Origin: Planctomycetota bacterium
Lineage (GTDB): Bacteria; Planctomycetota; Phycisphaerae; Sedimentisphaerales; Anaerobacaceae
NCBI GenBank assembly: GCA_013349615.1
Contig: DUZJ01000001.1
Span: 5,110 to 69,109 of the forward strand
DNA: 64,000 nt
Direction: 5' to 3'
Shown one piece after another: positions 45,601 to 53,319 of the stretch; position 1 is the stretch's first letter, and the number at the start of each line of letters is the position of its first letter. The notes beneath the pieces were generated by a model. That model did no database searches, was not told the DNA's origin, and worked only from the letters and a program-made list of their open reading frames with translations. The translations under genes were made by a program, and so were the position numbers.

Positions 45601-46334
45601 GTTGACTCAGCAGCTGCACCATTAAGAAGTCCAGGTATATGGGCTATTGCAGCCAGCACTCTCTCATCTTCTCTCGTGATTGTTTCTCTCTGGCAAATAA
45701 CGTCATAAAAACTTCTCAAATGGTTTCCTAAGCATTCTGTATCTTTTAGTAATCCCTCTTGTGTTTCTTCTAAGGGATGAGCCTCACTAAAGTCTATGAT
45801 GACATACCGGACTTCAGGATTTGTCCCTTTTTCTCCAATAACTTGGCGCATAATGTTCCGGTCATGCAAGTCACCGTGGCTAAATCCCAAACGGCCTAAT
45901 TCCTCGAGAGCCACGGTAAGATTTTCAACATACCTAAGTATTTCGGTGTGGGCGCTGAAGTTAGTACCAGACTCTAAAAAGCTCTTAAGAGTTACACCTC
46001 TTACAGGTTTACTCTTGAACCAAACAAACTCATAACTCTTCCGGCCTAGATTCAATATCCAGTCACCAATCTCCTTGGGGAATACGAGGAACCGATCGTC
46101 TTCTGTATCTGCAAACCTGGAGATTTCTCGAAAGGGGGCTCTGCCACCATATGATTCGCGCATCACCAACTTCAACGCCCAAGGAATATCGTATTTGTCC
46201 CTAACATCGTAGGTTACAGCAGTGTTGCCACAACCGAGAACATCTCTGATAGTAAATCCATCGATTTCTTGTCCTATCATCTTCGCCTCGAGATGATTAC
46301 GAAGAGACGCAGGCATTTTGACTTGTTCGGCCAT
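42699..46334 (-). CDS. 1211-aa fusion: protein-kinase-like domain + ORC/Cdc6-type P-loop NTPase + unassigned ~340-aa C-terminal domain
   Basis: Kinase-like: LGCGNTAV (aa 33-40), WALK (K55), HGDLHDRN (153-160), IIDFS (179-183). NTPase: GPRGCGKT (313-320), FIFSLDDY (~485-492), followed by a helical/wHTH-like region. The C-terminal domain starts near DLFIGALGFEERT. Confidence 0.75.
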   Translation of the reverse strand: MAEQVKMPASLRNHLEAKMIGQEIDGFTIRDVLGCGNTAVTYDVRDKYDIPWALKLVMRESYGGRAPFREISRFADTEDDRFLVFPKEIGDWILNLGRKSYEFVWFKSKPVRGVTLKSFLESGTNFSAHTEILRYVENLTVALEELGRLGFSHGDLHDRNIMRQVIGEKGTNPEVRYVIIDFSEAHPLEETQEGLLKDTECLGNHLRSFYDVICQRETITREDERVLAAIAHIPGLLNGAAAESTGISKPSDVLTRIKGALAATKEAPRQLKDPFEPLNTENITNDALLADLCLTKMPWTSKLEKIGNVLLIGPRGCGKTMIFRRLRLKTKIVAGKKREIKDDPYVCFYLPCESLFFMRFSDLSDVDINKNKQSLILYFNMAILAEVASTLSILPVTLGPVSKSVITKLGELLKEELGPSWEKLRFPPSIVDLDELISHAGSSMRYIRKSIAYGECIEARGSTDFVTQLVGTLKKEIPALSQRYFIFSLDDYTEGRVPMALQEALHPVVCQRSSDICFKISAHMFGSIYHFPRPLALDEGRNIEVINLGSAYLKLNKRRKEGKLLLRILNERFKHCEGYEGTIEEWLGKTMYPGGRTLSRALHDENTRSKVHYYGIECLMDLCTGDYSEMIRMVGEIFREAGKRPGAKSKKIAPSVQDRAIYRVSREYLSRILHIRPDGPNLFDIVESFGNLSKNLLYERKPVRQGTTSKGRTRREPYDLLTVYVDAITRASQAAQNVWQRLQQASIFVDVGLATSQRSVVADRATLRRIYCPALRTTLTSSEHLQLSKEQFEYFMDKPQEFCKDHFRRVLKQSDQAKLWDEDKALQKSIKEESPPQHIPTEKDRVDFTAKAPTNWTVAVNSLTPLTPVADAIQKNAEFDLFIGALGFEERTTKGAAALVERGVKVLNAVLLEFDRYYEANEKRRATYEILIGQLTSGKAHRPFNSPVDNPDHGFPMRMGALLGTVTQKKCPRILFDCTSCPSLILSKTLSALLRHPCELTILYSEAEQYFPTPEEWEVTEHKAYMMRVRGPFEGIRYVAKPPMLQADDTGEQPVLLVLFPTFNKERTDGVLADLNPAERIWFFGEPHDLEKNLYRIEMEKSYAAPLICPEDKWSLLTTFDYRKTLLALGGIYAEYRFDYRIVIMPHGSKAQTLGANLFAATHETSMVFAMPQEYNPDKYSKGCIQVWAIPLGETAGLVEKLRLARALGRR

Positions 46335-46393
46335 GATTATCCCCTATTTCTTTTACCGCAAATTATCCTGTTAAGGAGCTTTGACATATAGAC

Positions 46394-46421
46394 ATTTTAT
46401 AAGGCGGCGGCGGGTTTGCAA
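46394..46421 (-). promoter_or_regulatory. Candidate promoter for the kinase-NTPase gene (TTGCAA-16 nt-TAAAAT on the minus strand)
   Basis: Reverse complement of 46416-46421 is TTGCAA and of 46394-46399 is TAAAAT, about 60 nt upstream of the ATG at 46334. Confidence 0.3.
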
Positions 46422-46605
46422 GGGGATTTAGGTGTTAGCGACCTTGTTGTTATTAATAAATAATAAGTCGGCGAGACCCGCTTTTTAGTGTCAATTACGC
46501 ATCTATTCTTCCAGGAAACCTCTTTTTGGCGTGTCTGATTTGCTAAAGTGGCCCATATCCTTTGTCGATAACAACGATGGTCTTATAAGGTTACAGTCGA
46601 TTTCT

Positions 46606-46663
46606 ATCGCGGGGAACAGTTATTTTAGTGAGCAATCGCGGGGAACAGTTATTTTAGTGAGCA
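46606..46663 (+). repeat. Perfect 29-bp tandem microduplication in the leader of CBS copy 1
   Basis: ATCGCGGGGAACAGTTATTTTAGTGAGCA occurs twice back to back (46606-46634, 46635-46663). Copy 2's leader has the unit once (diverged). Confidence 0.9.
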
Positions 46664-46682
46664 AAGGACTTTGCAAAGTTAT

Positions 46683-47771
46683 ATGCGAAGGAAGCAAGAC
46701 AAACAGTTTCGGCTTATCGACCTGTTGGACGACTTGTTAGCCGGGCGAGATGTCTTTTTTAAGTCGGTGTGTTTTGTCAGGGACATGATGACCGAAGATG
46801 TCAAGGTGCTGACGCTGGACGATGCCATAGAGATGTGTCTTAAGTTTATGAGGGAGCACCGCGTCCGACACATACCAGTAGTCGACAGCCCGACCGGCGA
46901 AGATGAACAACAATACTTCGTTGGTATTGTTTCCCAGAGAGACGTGTTCCGACAAATATCACCATATCTGGGAAAAATCGGGGAGGAAGATTCGGACTCA
47001 GAGGCGCTGAAACAGCCTTTGGTCCGAATCGTTACCAGAAACGCGAAGTCCGTATCACCTCAGACACCAATACGTGAGATGATTGGCATCATGGTTGATA
47101 ATCACGTCGATATGGTTCCTGTTCTCATTGACCAGGATATAGTGGGTATCGTTACGTCCACAGATATCTTAAAGCTGTTTATCAGGCTCGATACAATTCG
47201 CCGGCTGTGCTCAAAGATGGAAAAGACGGAGGACCGGAGGCGTTTTGTCGACCTGTTCTCCTGGAATTCCGACAAGGTAATGCCCGCGTTCTCAACAATT
47301 CTGCGAACAGTCGAAGATGTTATGACTGAGCAAGTGGATTATCTGAAGGAGCAAGACAATTTAGCCAGGGCGATGGAGGTCATGCAGAAGGGGGAATTCA
47401 GGCACGTTCCTGTTGTGGACAAGCAAAAGAAACTGTTGGGTATAATCTCCGATAGAGACGTTCTTCGCTATCTTCCGTATCACAGCAAACCATTCGAGGC
47501 GGGAACTGAGATATTTCGCGGCAGGTTGTTTGATGTTGCATCAAACGAGCCGGCCACACAGCGAAACCTGCATCAGATAATGACGCGAGACGTAACTTGC
47601 GTGTTAACGAGCTGTGACTTCTACACTGCCGTGAGGATGCTGTATGAGATGAATATAAGCTGTCTGCCGGTGACAGACAAGGACAAAAAGGTTGTTGGAA
47701 TAGTTACAGTGACAGACGTGATGCGTGGATTGCTGGCCGTCTACGGGCTTTTTGAGGGAGCCATGGCTTAA
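46683..47771 (+). CDS. Stand-alone protein with four CBS domains (two Bateman modules), copy 1
   Basis: ATG at 46683 (the ORF is open from a TTG at 46671). Four repeats of the ..M(T)..V..L...............RHIPVVD....L.GI(V/I)S.RD(V/I)L.. pattern. Confidence 0.75.
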   Translation: MRRKQDKQFRLIDLLDDLLAGRDVFFKSVCFVRDMMTEDVKVLTLDDAIEMCLKFMREHRVRHIPVVDSPTGEDEQQYFVGIVSQRDVFRQISPYLGKIGEEDSDSEALKQPLVRIVTRNAKSVSPQTPIREMIGIMVDNHVDMVPVLIDQDIVGIVTSTDILKLFIRLDTIRRLCSKMEKTEDRRRFVDLFSWNSDKVMPAFSTILRTVEDVMTEQVDYLKEQDNLARAMEVMQKGEFRHVPVVDKQKKLLGIISDRDVLRYLPYHSKPFEAGTEIFRGRLFDVASNEPATQRNLHQIMTRDVTCVLTSCDFYTAVRMLYEMNISCLPVTDKDKKVVGIVTVTDVMRGLLAVYGLFEGAMA

Positions 47772-47983
47772 TTATTCAGCTCGAATTCGGATTCAGCGTC
47801 GCAGGAAACAGAAGAAGAACCGCTTTTTAGTATCAATTATGCATCTATTCTTCGAGGATACATCTTTTTGGCGTAAAGTGGCATATATCCTTTGTCGATA
47901 AAAACAGTGGTTTTGTAAGGTTACAATCGATTTCTATTGCGGGGCATAGTTATCTTAGTGAGCAAAGGGCTTTGCAAAGTTAT

Positions 47984-49060
47984 ATGCAAAGGAAAGAGGA
48001 TAAACAGTTTCGGCTTGTCGACCTGTTAGACGACTTGTTCGCCGGGAGGGATGTCTTTTTTAAGTCGGTGTGTCTTGTCAAGGACATGATGACCGAAGAT
48101 GTCAAGGCGCTGACGCTGGACGATACCATAGAGATGTGTATTAAGTTTATGAAGGAGAACCGAGTCCGACACATACCGGTAATCGACAGCCCTACAGGAG
48201 AAGATGAGCAACAATACTTCGTTGGAATTGTTTCTCAGAGAGACGTGTTCCGACAAATATCACCTTATCTGGGAAAAGTAGGGGAGGAAGATTCAGACTC
48301 AGAGGCGCTCAAACAGCCTTTGGTCCGACTCGTTACCAGAAATCCGAAGTCCGTATCACCTGAGACGACGATACAGGAGATGGTTACCACCATGGTTGAT
48401 AATCGCATCAATATGATGCCTGTTCTGGTTGACCGAGATATGGTTGGCATCGTTACGTCCACAGATATCTTAAAGCTGTTTATCAGGCTCGATATAATCC
48501 GCCGGCTATGCTCAAAGACGCCAAAGACGGAGGAAAGGAGACGCTTTGTTGACCTGCTGTCGGGGGATTCGGACAAGGTGATGCCTGCGTTCTCAACAAT
48601 TCTGCGAACAGTCGAAGATGTTATGACCGAGCAAGTGGTTTATCTGGAGGAACAGGAAAGTTTAGCCAAGGCGATGGAGGTCATGCAGAAGGGGAAATTC
48701 AGGCACGTTCCGATTGTTGATGAGCAAAAGAAACTGGTTGGGGTAATCTCCGATAGAGATGTTCTACGTTACCTTCCATATTTGAGGCCCGGCGCCGAAT
48801 CATTTCACAACAGGCTGTTTGATGTTGCGCCGAACAATGTGGCCACACAGCAATCGCTGCATCAGATAATGACGCGAGACGTAACTTGCGTTCTGCCGAG
48901 CTGTGATTTCTATACCGTGGTGCGAATGCTTTATGAGATGAATATAAGCTGTCTGCCGGTGACTGACGAGGACAAAAAGCTTGTTGGAATAGTAACAGTA
49001 ACAGACGTGATGCGTGGATTGCTGGCCGCCTACAGTTTTTTTGAGAAAGCCATGGCTTAA
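47984..49060 (+). CDS. Stand-alone protein with four CBS domains, copy 2 (tandem paralogue)
   Basis: Same architecture as copy 1, with a 4-aa deletion near ..RYLPYL-RPGAE. Confidence 0.75.
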   Translation: MQRKEDKQFRLVDLLDDLFAGRDVFFKSVCLVKDMMTEDVKALTLDDTIEMCIKFMKENRVRHIPVIDSPTGEDEQQYFVGIVSQRDVFRQISPYLGKVGEEDSDSEALKQPLVRLVTRNPKSVSPETTIQEMVTTMVDNRINMMPVLVDRDMVGIVTSTDILKLFIRLDIIRRLCSKTPKTEERRRFVDLLSGDSDKVMPAFSTILRTVEDVMTEQVVYLEEQESLAKAMEVMQKGKFRHVPIVDEQKKLVGVISDRDVLRYLPYLRPGAESFHNRLFDVAPNNVATQQSLHQIMTRDVTCVLPSCDFYTVVRMLYEMNISCLPVTDEDKKLVGIVTVTDVMRGLLAAYSFFEKAMA

Positions 49061-49241
49061 TTTACGACAATTGTCTATACATTTGGCACGAACGGGGCCC
49101 AAATTCAAATCGAATCCGAATTCAACTTCGCAGCGATGAACCCACACTAAATTATCACCGCCGGAGAAATGAGCTTGCAGGCGTCATGCCTGTTAAGCGA
49201 GGGGCAAGTATGACTGGGAACTAAACTCATTCGGGTCCCCT

Positions 49242-49919
49242 CTAAGGGGGCTTGATGACTTTCTGTTCTTTGAGGACCCTGCCGGTGAGGTAATCGGTAA
49301 AGGTTACGTTCACTGTAAGCGGCTCTTCAAAAGTTTGGACCTTGCCGGATACGTCAAAGGTCAATCTGTAATTGGTCATCATCAGTGCGTTAAACCATAG
49401 CTTTCTCAGCTCGACCGGCCCCACATGCCACCGCCCCAGTAGCTGCGGCTGTTCTTTGTTCAAGTCGAGAAGCTGCACGTCGACGGAGCCGGCCGCTTTT
49501 ACTATGTCACCATCCTGGTCAATCGGCTGGATATATATAATGAGCGTTTCCTTTTTGCCCTCTTTGTCTTTATCCTTGTCGTGAAGATTGGAGTGTTTTG
49601 TAATCTTGAGTCTTTGCACATCGTAGAGTTTTTCGAGCTCGATTTCACCGGTAAGGTTGTGCAGGGTGTTTATCTGTTGCTGCAGGTCTTTGTTTTTTGA
49701 TTTTGACTGCTCGATTTGCCGTGTTAGCCGGCTTTTGTCCTGTTTGAGGGTCTCAATTTGTTCAGACAATGTTTTTTTTTGGCTGTCTGGAGTTTCACAG
49801 CCTGCGACAAAGACCGCGAGGGCACAAGAGCACAAAAGCACCGCGGGGAATTTGAAGTGCCGAGATGCAAAATTAGTAGTTCGACAATCGGTATTCGATA
49901 TTCTATATTTTATATTCAT
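49242..49919 (-). CDS. Hypothetical lipoprotein with a short coiled coil
   Basis: 225 aa. Lipobox VFVAGC after a long N-region. Its ATG overlaps the clpP stop (TAATG). Confidence 0.5.
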   Translation of the reverse strand: MNIKYRISNTDCRTTNFASRHFKFPAVLLCSCALAVFVAGCETPDSQKKTLSEQIETLKQDKSRLTRQIEQSKSKNKDLQQQINTLHNLTGEIELEKLYDVQRLKITKHSNLHDKDKDKEGKKETLIIYIQPIDQDGDIVKAAGSVDVQLLDLNKEQPQLLGRWHVGPVELRKLWFNALMMTNYRLTFDVSGKVQTFEEPLTVNVTFTDYLTGRVLKEQKVIKPP

Positions 49920-50548
49920 TACTTTTGCTCCTGTTGCCTGACGATTTCGGGCGCCTTTTGCAAAATTCTGTCGGCGAGTCCGTACTTGATTGCTTCCTCA
50001 GCGTTGAGCCATAGGTTGCGGTCGCAATCCTTTTCAACTTTCTGCGGTTTTTGTCCTGTATGTTTGGCCAATATATCGTAAAGGCGGGTGCGGAGGCGGA
50101 GTATTTCCTTTGCTTCGATGTCTATGTCGGTAGCTGGGCCTTCGAGTATACCGGTGATTAGTGGCTGGTGTAAAAGAAGTCTGTTGTTTGCCAGTAGAAA
50201 TCGTTTTTCCGGTTTTCCTCCGGCCAATAGTACGGCCGCCATACTTGCTGCCTGTCCGACACAGTATGTCGCCACGTCGCAGCGTAAAAACTGCATAGTA
50301 TCGTAGACCGCAAGGCCCGCCGTGATGGTGCCGCCGGGTGAATTGATGTAGAAATGAATGTCGGTCTTGCTGTCTTCGTTGCTCAGGAACAGCATCTGTG
50401 CGATAATCAAATTAGCTGCTGGGTCATCAACGGCCCCACCGAGAAAGACTATTCTATCCTTGAGCAGCCTTGAATAAATATCGTATGCCCGTTCGGTTCG
50501 GCCACTTTTCTCAATTACTATCGGTACGAGGTTCTGATTGGTTGTCAT
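49919..50548 (-). CDS. clpP: ATP-dependent Clp protease proteolytic subunit (paralogue 2)
   Basis: 209 aa. [21 protein letters not shown] (Ser), LLHQP (His), DCDRN (Asp). Confidence 0.9.
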   Translation of the reverse strand: MTTNQNLVPIVIEKSGRTERAYDIYSRLLKDRIVFLGGAVDDPAANLIIAQMLFLSNEDSKTDIHFYINSPGGTITAGLAVYDTMQFLRCDVATYCVGQAASMAAVLLAGGKPEKRFLLANNRLLLHQPLITGILEGPATDIDIEAKEILRLRTRLYDILAKHTGQKPQKVEKDCDRNLWLNAEEAIKYGLADRILQKAPEIVRQQEQK

Positions 50549-50578
50549 ATTTCATATCCCATATTTCGTTTTTGATTT

Positions 50579-51226
50579 TTACTTTTTATTTTTCGTTTTC
50601 TTTTTTTCTTCTTTTTCTTCGTGGAGCACCTCATCGATAAGTCCGTACTTATGTGCCTCCTCAGCGGTCATATATCTGTCTCTTTCGGTCTCATTTGCGA
50701 TTTTTTCAATCGGCTGTCCGGTGTGTTTTGCAAGAATTTCGTTTATCATCTTTTTTGCTTTTATGATTTCTTCGGCCTGTATTTTGATATCAGCGGCCTG
50801 TCCGGTAACTCCACCCCAGACCTGATGCAGCATAACTTTAGCGTGTGGCAGTGCGTGACGTTTGCCTTTTGTCCCGGCTGCCAGTATTACCGCCGCACCG
50901 GACTGGGCTTTTCCGATGCAATAGGTGGCAACGGGCGAGCCAACAAAGCGCATAGTATCGTAAATAGCCATCGTGTCGTCAACGCTGCCGCCGGGCGAAT
51001 TGATGTACAGGCTGATTTCACTGCCTCGCTTGAGATTGTCGAGATAGAGCATCTTCATAATGACTTCGGCGGCCCTTCCATAGGATATCTCGCCTATGAG
51101 AAAGACGATTCTGTTCTCAAGGAGCATATCATCGAGACTCATCTGGCGGTATCGCTGATACTGTCCGTATTGATTGTATATGTCGGAGTTTTTGATGATG
51201 TTTTTTGCAGGAAGTTCGCTGTGCAT
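50579..51226 (-). CDS. clpP: ATP-dependent Clp protease proteolytic subunit (paralogue 1, Lys-rich tail)
   Basis: 215 aa. RIVFLIGE, INSPGGSV, GKAQSGAA (Ser), MLHQV (His), ETERDRYM (Asp). The tail is EEKEEKKKTKNKK. Confidence 0.85.
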   Translation of the reverse strand: MHSELPAKNIIKNSDIYNQYGQYQRYRQMSLDDMLLENRIVFLIGEISYGRAAEVIMKMLYLDNLKRGSEISLYINSPGGSVDDTMAIYDTMRFVGSPVATYCIGKAQSGAAVILAAGTKGKRHALPHAKVMLHQVWGGVTGQAADIKIQAEEIIKAKKMINEILAKHTGQPIEKIANETERDRYMTAEEAHKYGLIDEVLHEEKEEKKKTKNKK

Positions 51227-51346
51227 TTATGGTTTCCTTTTATGTATAATTGTTTATCTCACATTGCGTATCTCGCCCGGCAAGATACGCTTTTTACCGA
51301 GCATTTTTGTTGGCCGGTCTCCTTATCCATTACAAGTTTTCGCTTT

Positions 51347-52867
51347 TTACGTGGGCCCATTAGAATTCGGTGACAGTGTCCTAATTGGGCGTGTCGGTTT
51401 TTTTCGCTTTTTTGGTGTTTTTTTCTCAGGTGCTTCGGATTTTTTAGCAGTTTTTTTGGTCGTTTTTTTCGCAGTTTTATTAGCGGCTTTTTTGGCTTTC
51501 TTTTCAGGTTCTTTCTCGGTTATCTTTGCGGATTCGAGCAATTTAGCGGTGCATTTTTCCTCCCGCACCTGCAGTCTGAACTGAGATAAGGAGCCGTCGC
51601 GCAGCATCTGCTCTCTCATCCTTTCCGGGCGTTGTCCTTGCTGAATTGCTAACTGTGCTATGTGCCCGTTTATTTCCTCTTCGCTGACGTCAATATCGAG
51701 CTTGTCGGCCACCTTGTCCATTATGAAGAATGTTTTGAGCTGCTCTTTGGCTTGTTGTTCACTGCTTGCCCGAAGCAGCTCCATCTGCTCATCGAGCTGC
51801 TCACGGGAAAGTCCCCGCATCAATAGATTGGAGTACTGTCTTTGCAGCAGCGAGGTCGATTGCTCGGCCACAACATCCAATGGCAGGTCGAAATCCGTAT
51901 TGTCGAGCAGATACTTGTAAATCTGCTCTGTCATCTCCGTTCGCACCTGTCCCTCTAATCGAGTCTGCAATGTATCGCGGATTTTCTCCCTTAGCTCGCT
52001 ATCCTCTTCGACGCCGCACTTTTTGAGGAAATTTTCGTCCAGGGCGGCAGGCTTGAGCCATTTAATATCTTTGATTGTAATTCGGACATCTACCTTTTTT
52101 CCGCGATAGTCTTCTCTGAAAAACGTTTTCGGGACCTCGACGGTTGTTTGCCTGGTATCTTCGGCTTTAGCGCCTATGAGAAGCTCGTCGAGCTTCTCGA
52201 CGGGGACCGCTCCGACAAAACCATTGGCCCTTACATATATCTCGATATTGTTGAGCTTCTTCTCCTCCTCGACATCGGCTACTTTCAGGACCGCATCAGC
52301 TATTATCTGGTCGTCGGCTTCGGCGGCCCCTGTCTCGCGTGGGGTCCAGACACCCGACCATTTTCGTAACTGCTCAGTTTCTCTGCCGATTTGCTCGTCT
52401 GTAACTTCGAGCCTGCTCCTGGTTATTGGAATGTCTTCGAGCTGTGGCAAATCAAACTCCGGGCGTACCTCGACCTCGAAATCGAACTTGATGGGCCCTT
52501 CGGCGGGCAGCTCAATTTTCTCAAAATCAAGAACCGGCTCACGAAGCGCATCCAGCTTGCTGTCCTTGATGGCCGCTTCACTGGCATTGGCCAACAATTT
52601 CAACTTGATTGTTTCCGCAGTCTCTTTGCCGAATCTCTTTTCAAGCAGGCGGCGGGGCGCCCGGCCCTTTCTGAAACCCGGCACGAGCGCTTCTTTGTGC
52701 AATCTTTCGTACTGCTCATCGGTGGCGCTCTTTATCGCTTTCTCCGGTATCTCTACAATCACCTTTTTCTTGCAGGGGCCTGTCTCTTCGATTGTTACGG
52801 TGTTTTTCAATGCTGTAGTTGGTTCTTCTTCGTTTTTTGTCTCTGTGGCTTGCTCATCTTCGGCCAT
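51347..52867 (-). CDS. tig: Trigger factor with an acidic N-extension and a long Lys-rich C-terminal tail
   Basis: 506 aa. ..VPGFRKGRAPRRLLEKRFG (ribosome-binding signature GFRxGxxP). PPIase-like middle region and helical C-domain. Confidence 0.85.
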   Translation of the reverse strand: MAEDEQATETKNEEEPTTALKNTVTIEETGPCKKKVIVEIPEKAIKSATDEQYERLHKEALVPGFRKGRAPRRLLEKRFGKETAETIKLKLLANASEAAIKDSKLDALREPVLDFEKIELPAEGPIKFDFEVEVRPEFDLPQLEDIPITRSRLEVTDEQIGRETEQLRKWSGVWTPRETGAAEADDQIIADAVLKVADVEEEKKLNNIEIYVRANGFVGAVPVEKLDELLIGAKAEDTRQTTVEVPKTFFREDYRGKKVDVRITIKDIKWLKPAALDENFLKKCGVEEDSELREKIRDTLQTRLEGQVRTEMTEQIYKYLLDNTDFDLPLDVVAEQSTSLLQRQYSNLLMRGLSREQLDEQMELLRASSEQQAKEQLKTFFIMDKVADKLDIDVSEEEINGHIAQLAIQQGQRPERMREQMLRDGSLSQFRLQVREEKCTAKLLESAKITEKEPEKKAKKAANKTAKKTTKKTAKKSEAPEKKTPKKRKKPTRPIRTLSPNSNGPT

Positions 52868-53079
52868 TTTTTGGTGCTCCTGAACGATTTAACTTTTGCG
52901 GCTCTGAGATATTAAACAAAAAAGGCGTCAGGAAAACAACATCCCTTAGCCAGATTTCAATAATTTTCAATCCCCGTCAGCCGGGATTTGTCATACCGGC
53001 GACCAACGCCAAACTACTGTGCTTAGCCGGTAACTCGCCGATACTATGTTATCTATAATCCTTTATAGTAGTTTCGTAA

Positions 53080-53151
53080 AGCGGGCGATGAGATTTGAAC
53101 TCACGACATTCACGTTGGCAACGTGACGCTCTACCACTGAGCTACGCCCGC
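53080..53151 (-). tRNA. tRNA-Gly (anticodon GCC)
   Basis: Reverse complement GCGGGCG-TA-GCTC-AGTGGTA-GAGC-G-TCACG-TTGCCAA-CGTGA-ATGTC-GTGAG-TTCAAAT-CTCAT-CGCCCGC-T. Confidence 0.9.
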
Positions 53152-53319
53152 GAAATCGCTGCTCGCAGCCCGAATTTCGATTCAATTTGTAATTATATGG
53201 AGTCTTATCGGCTATGCAAGGCGATTTTTTGCAAAATTTTGTATTTATATCGCTGGAATTACCGCCAAACGATGAGCGGGGCTAAAAAATGCACTCACGA
53301 TAAGAAATATAAGCAGGTA

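Larger units (their letters stand above)
46478..49135 (+). repeat. Tandem duplication of a ~1.34-kb unit (leader + four-CBS-domain gene), two copies
   Basis: Unit 1 runs from 46478 and unit 2 from 47820. The upstream leaders, the coding regions and part of the 3' flank align. The proteins are identical at roughly four of five residues by eye. Confidence 0.85.

Noticed and set aside
41648-46334. Claiming horizontal transfer of the kinase-NTPase/MTase pair from lower GC content.
   Set aside because: The region looks somewhat AT-richer by eye, but so does the adjacent lnt gene. I cannot compute windowed GC or codon statistics reliably by hand, so no compositional claim is made.
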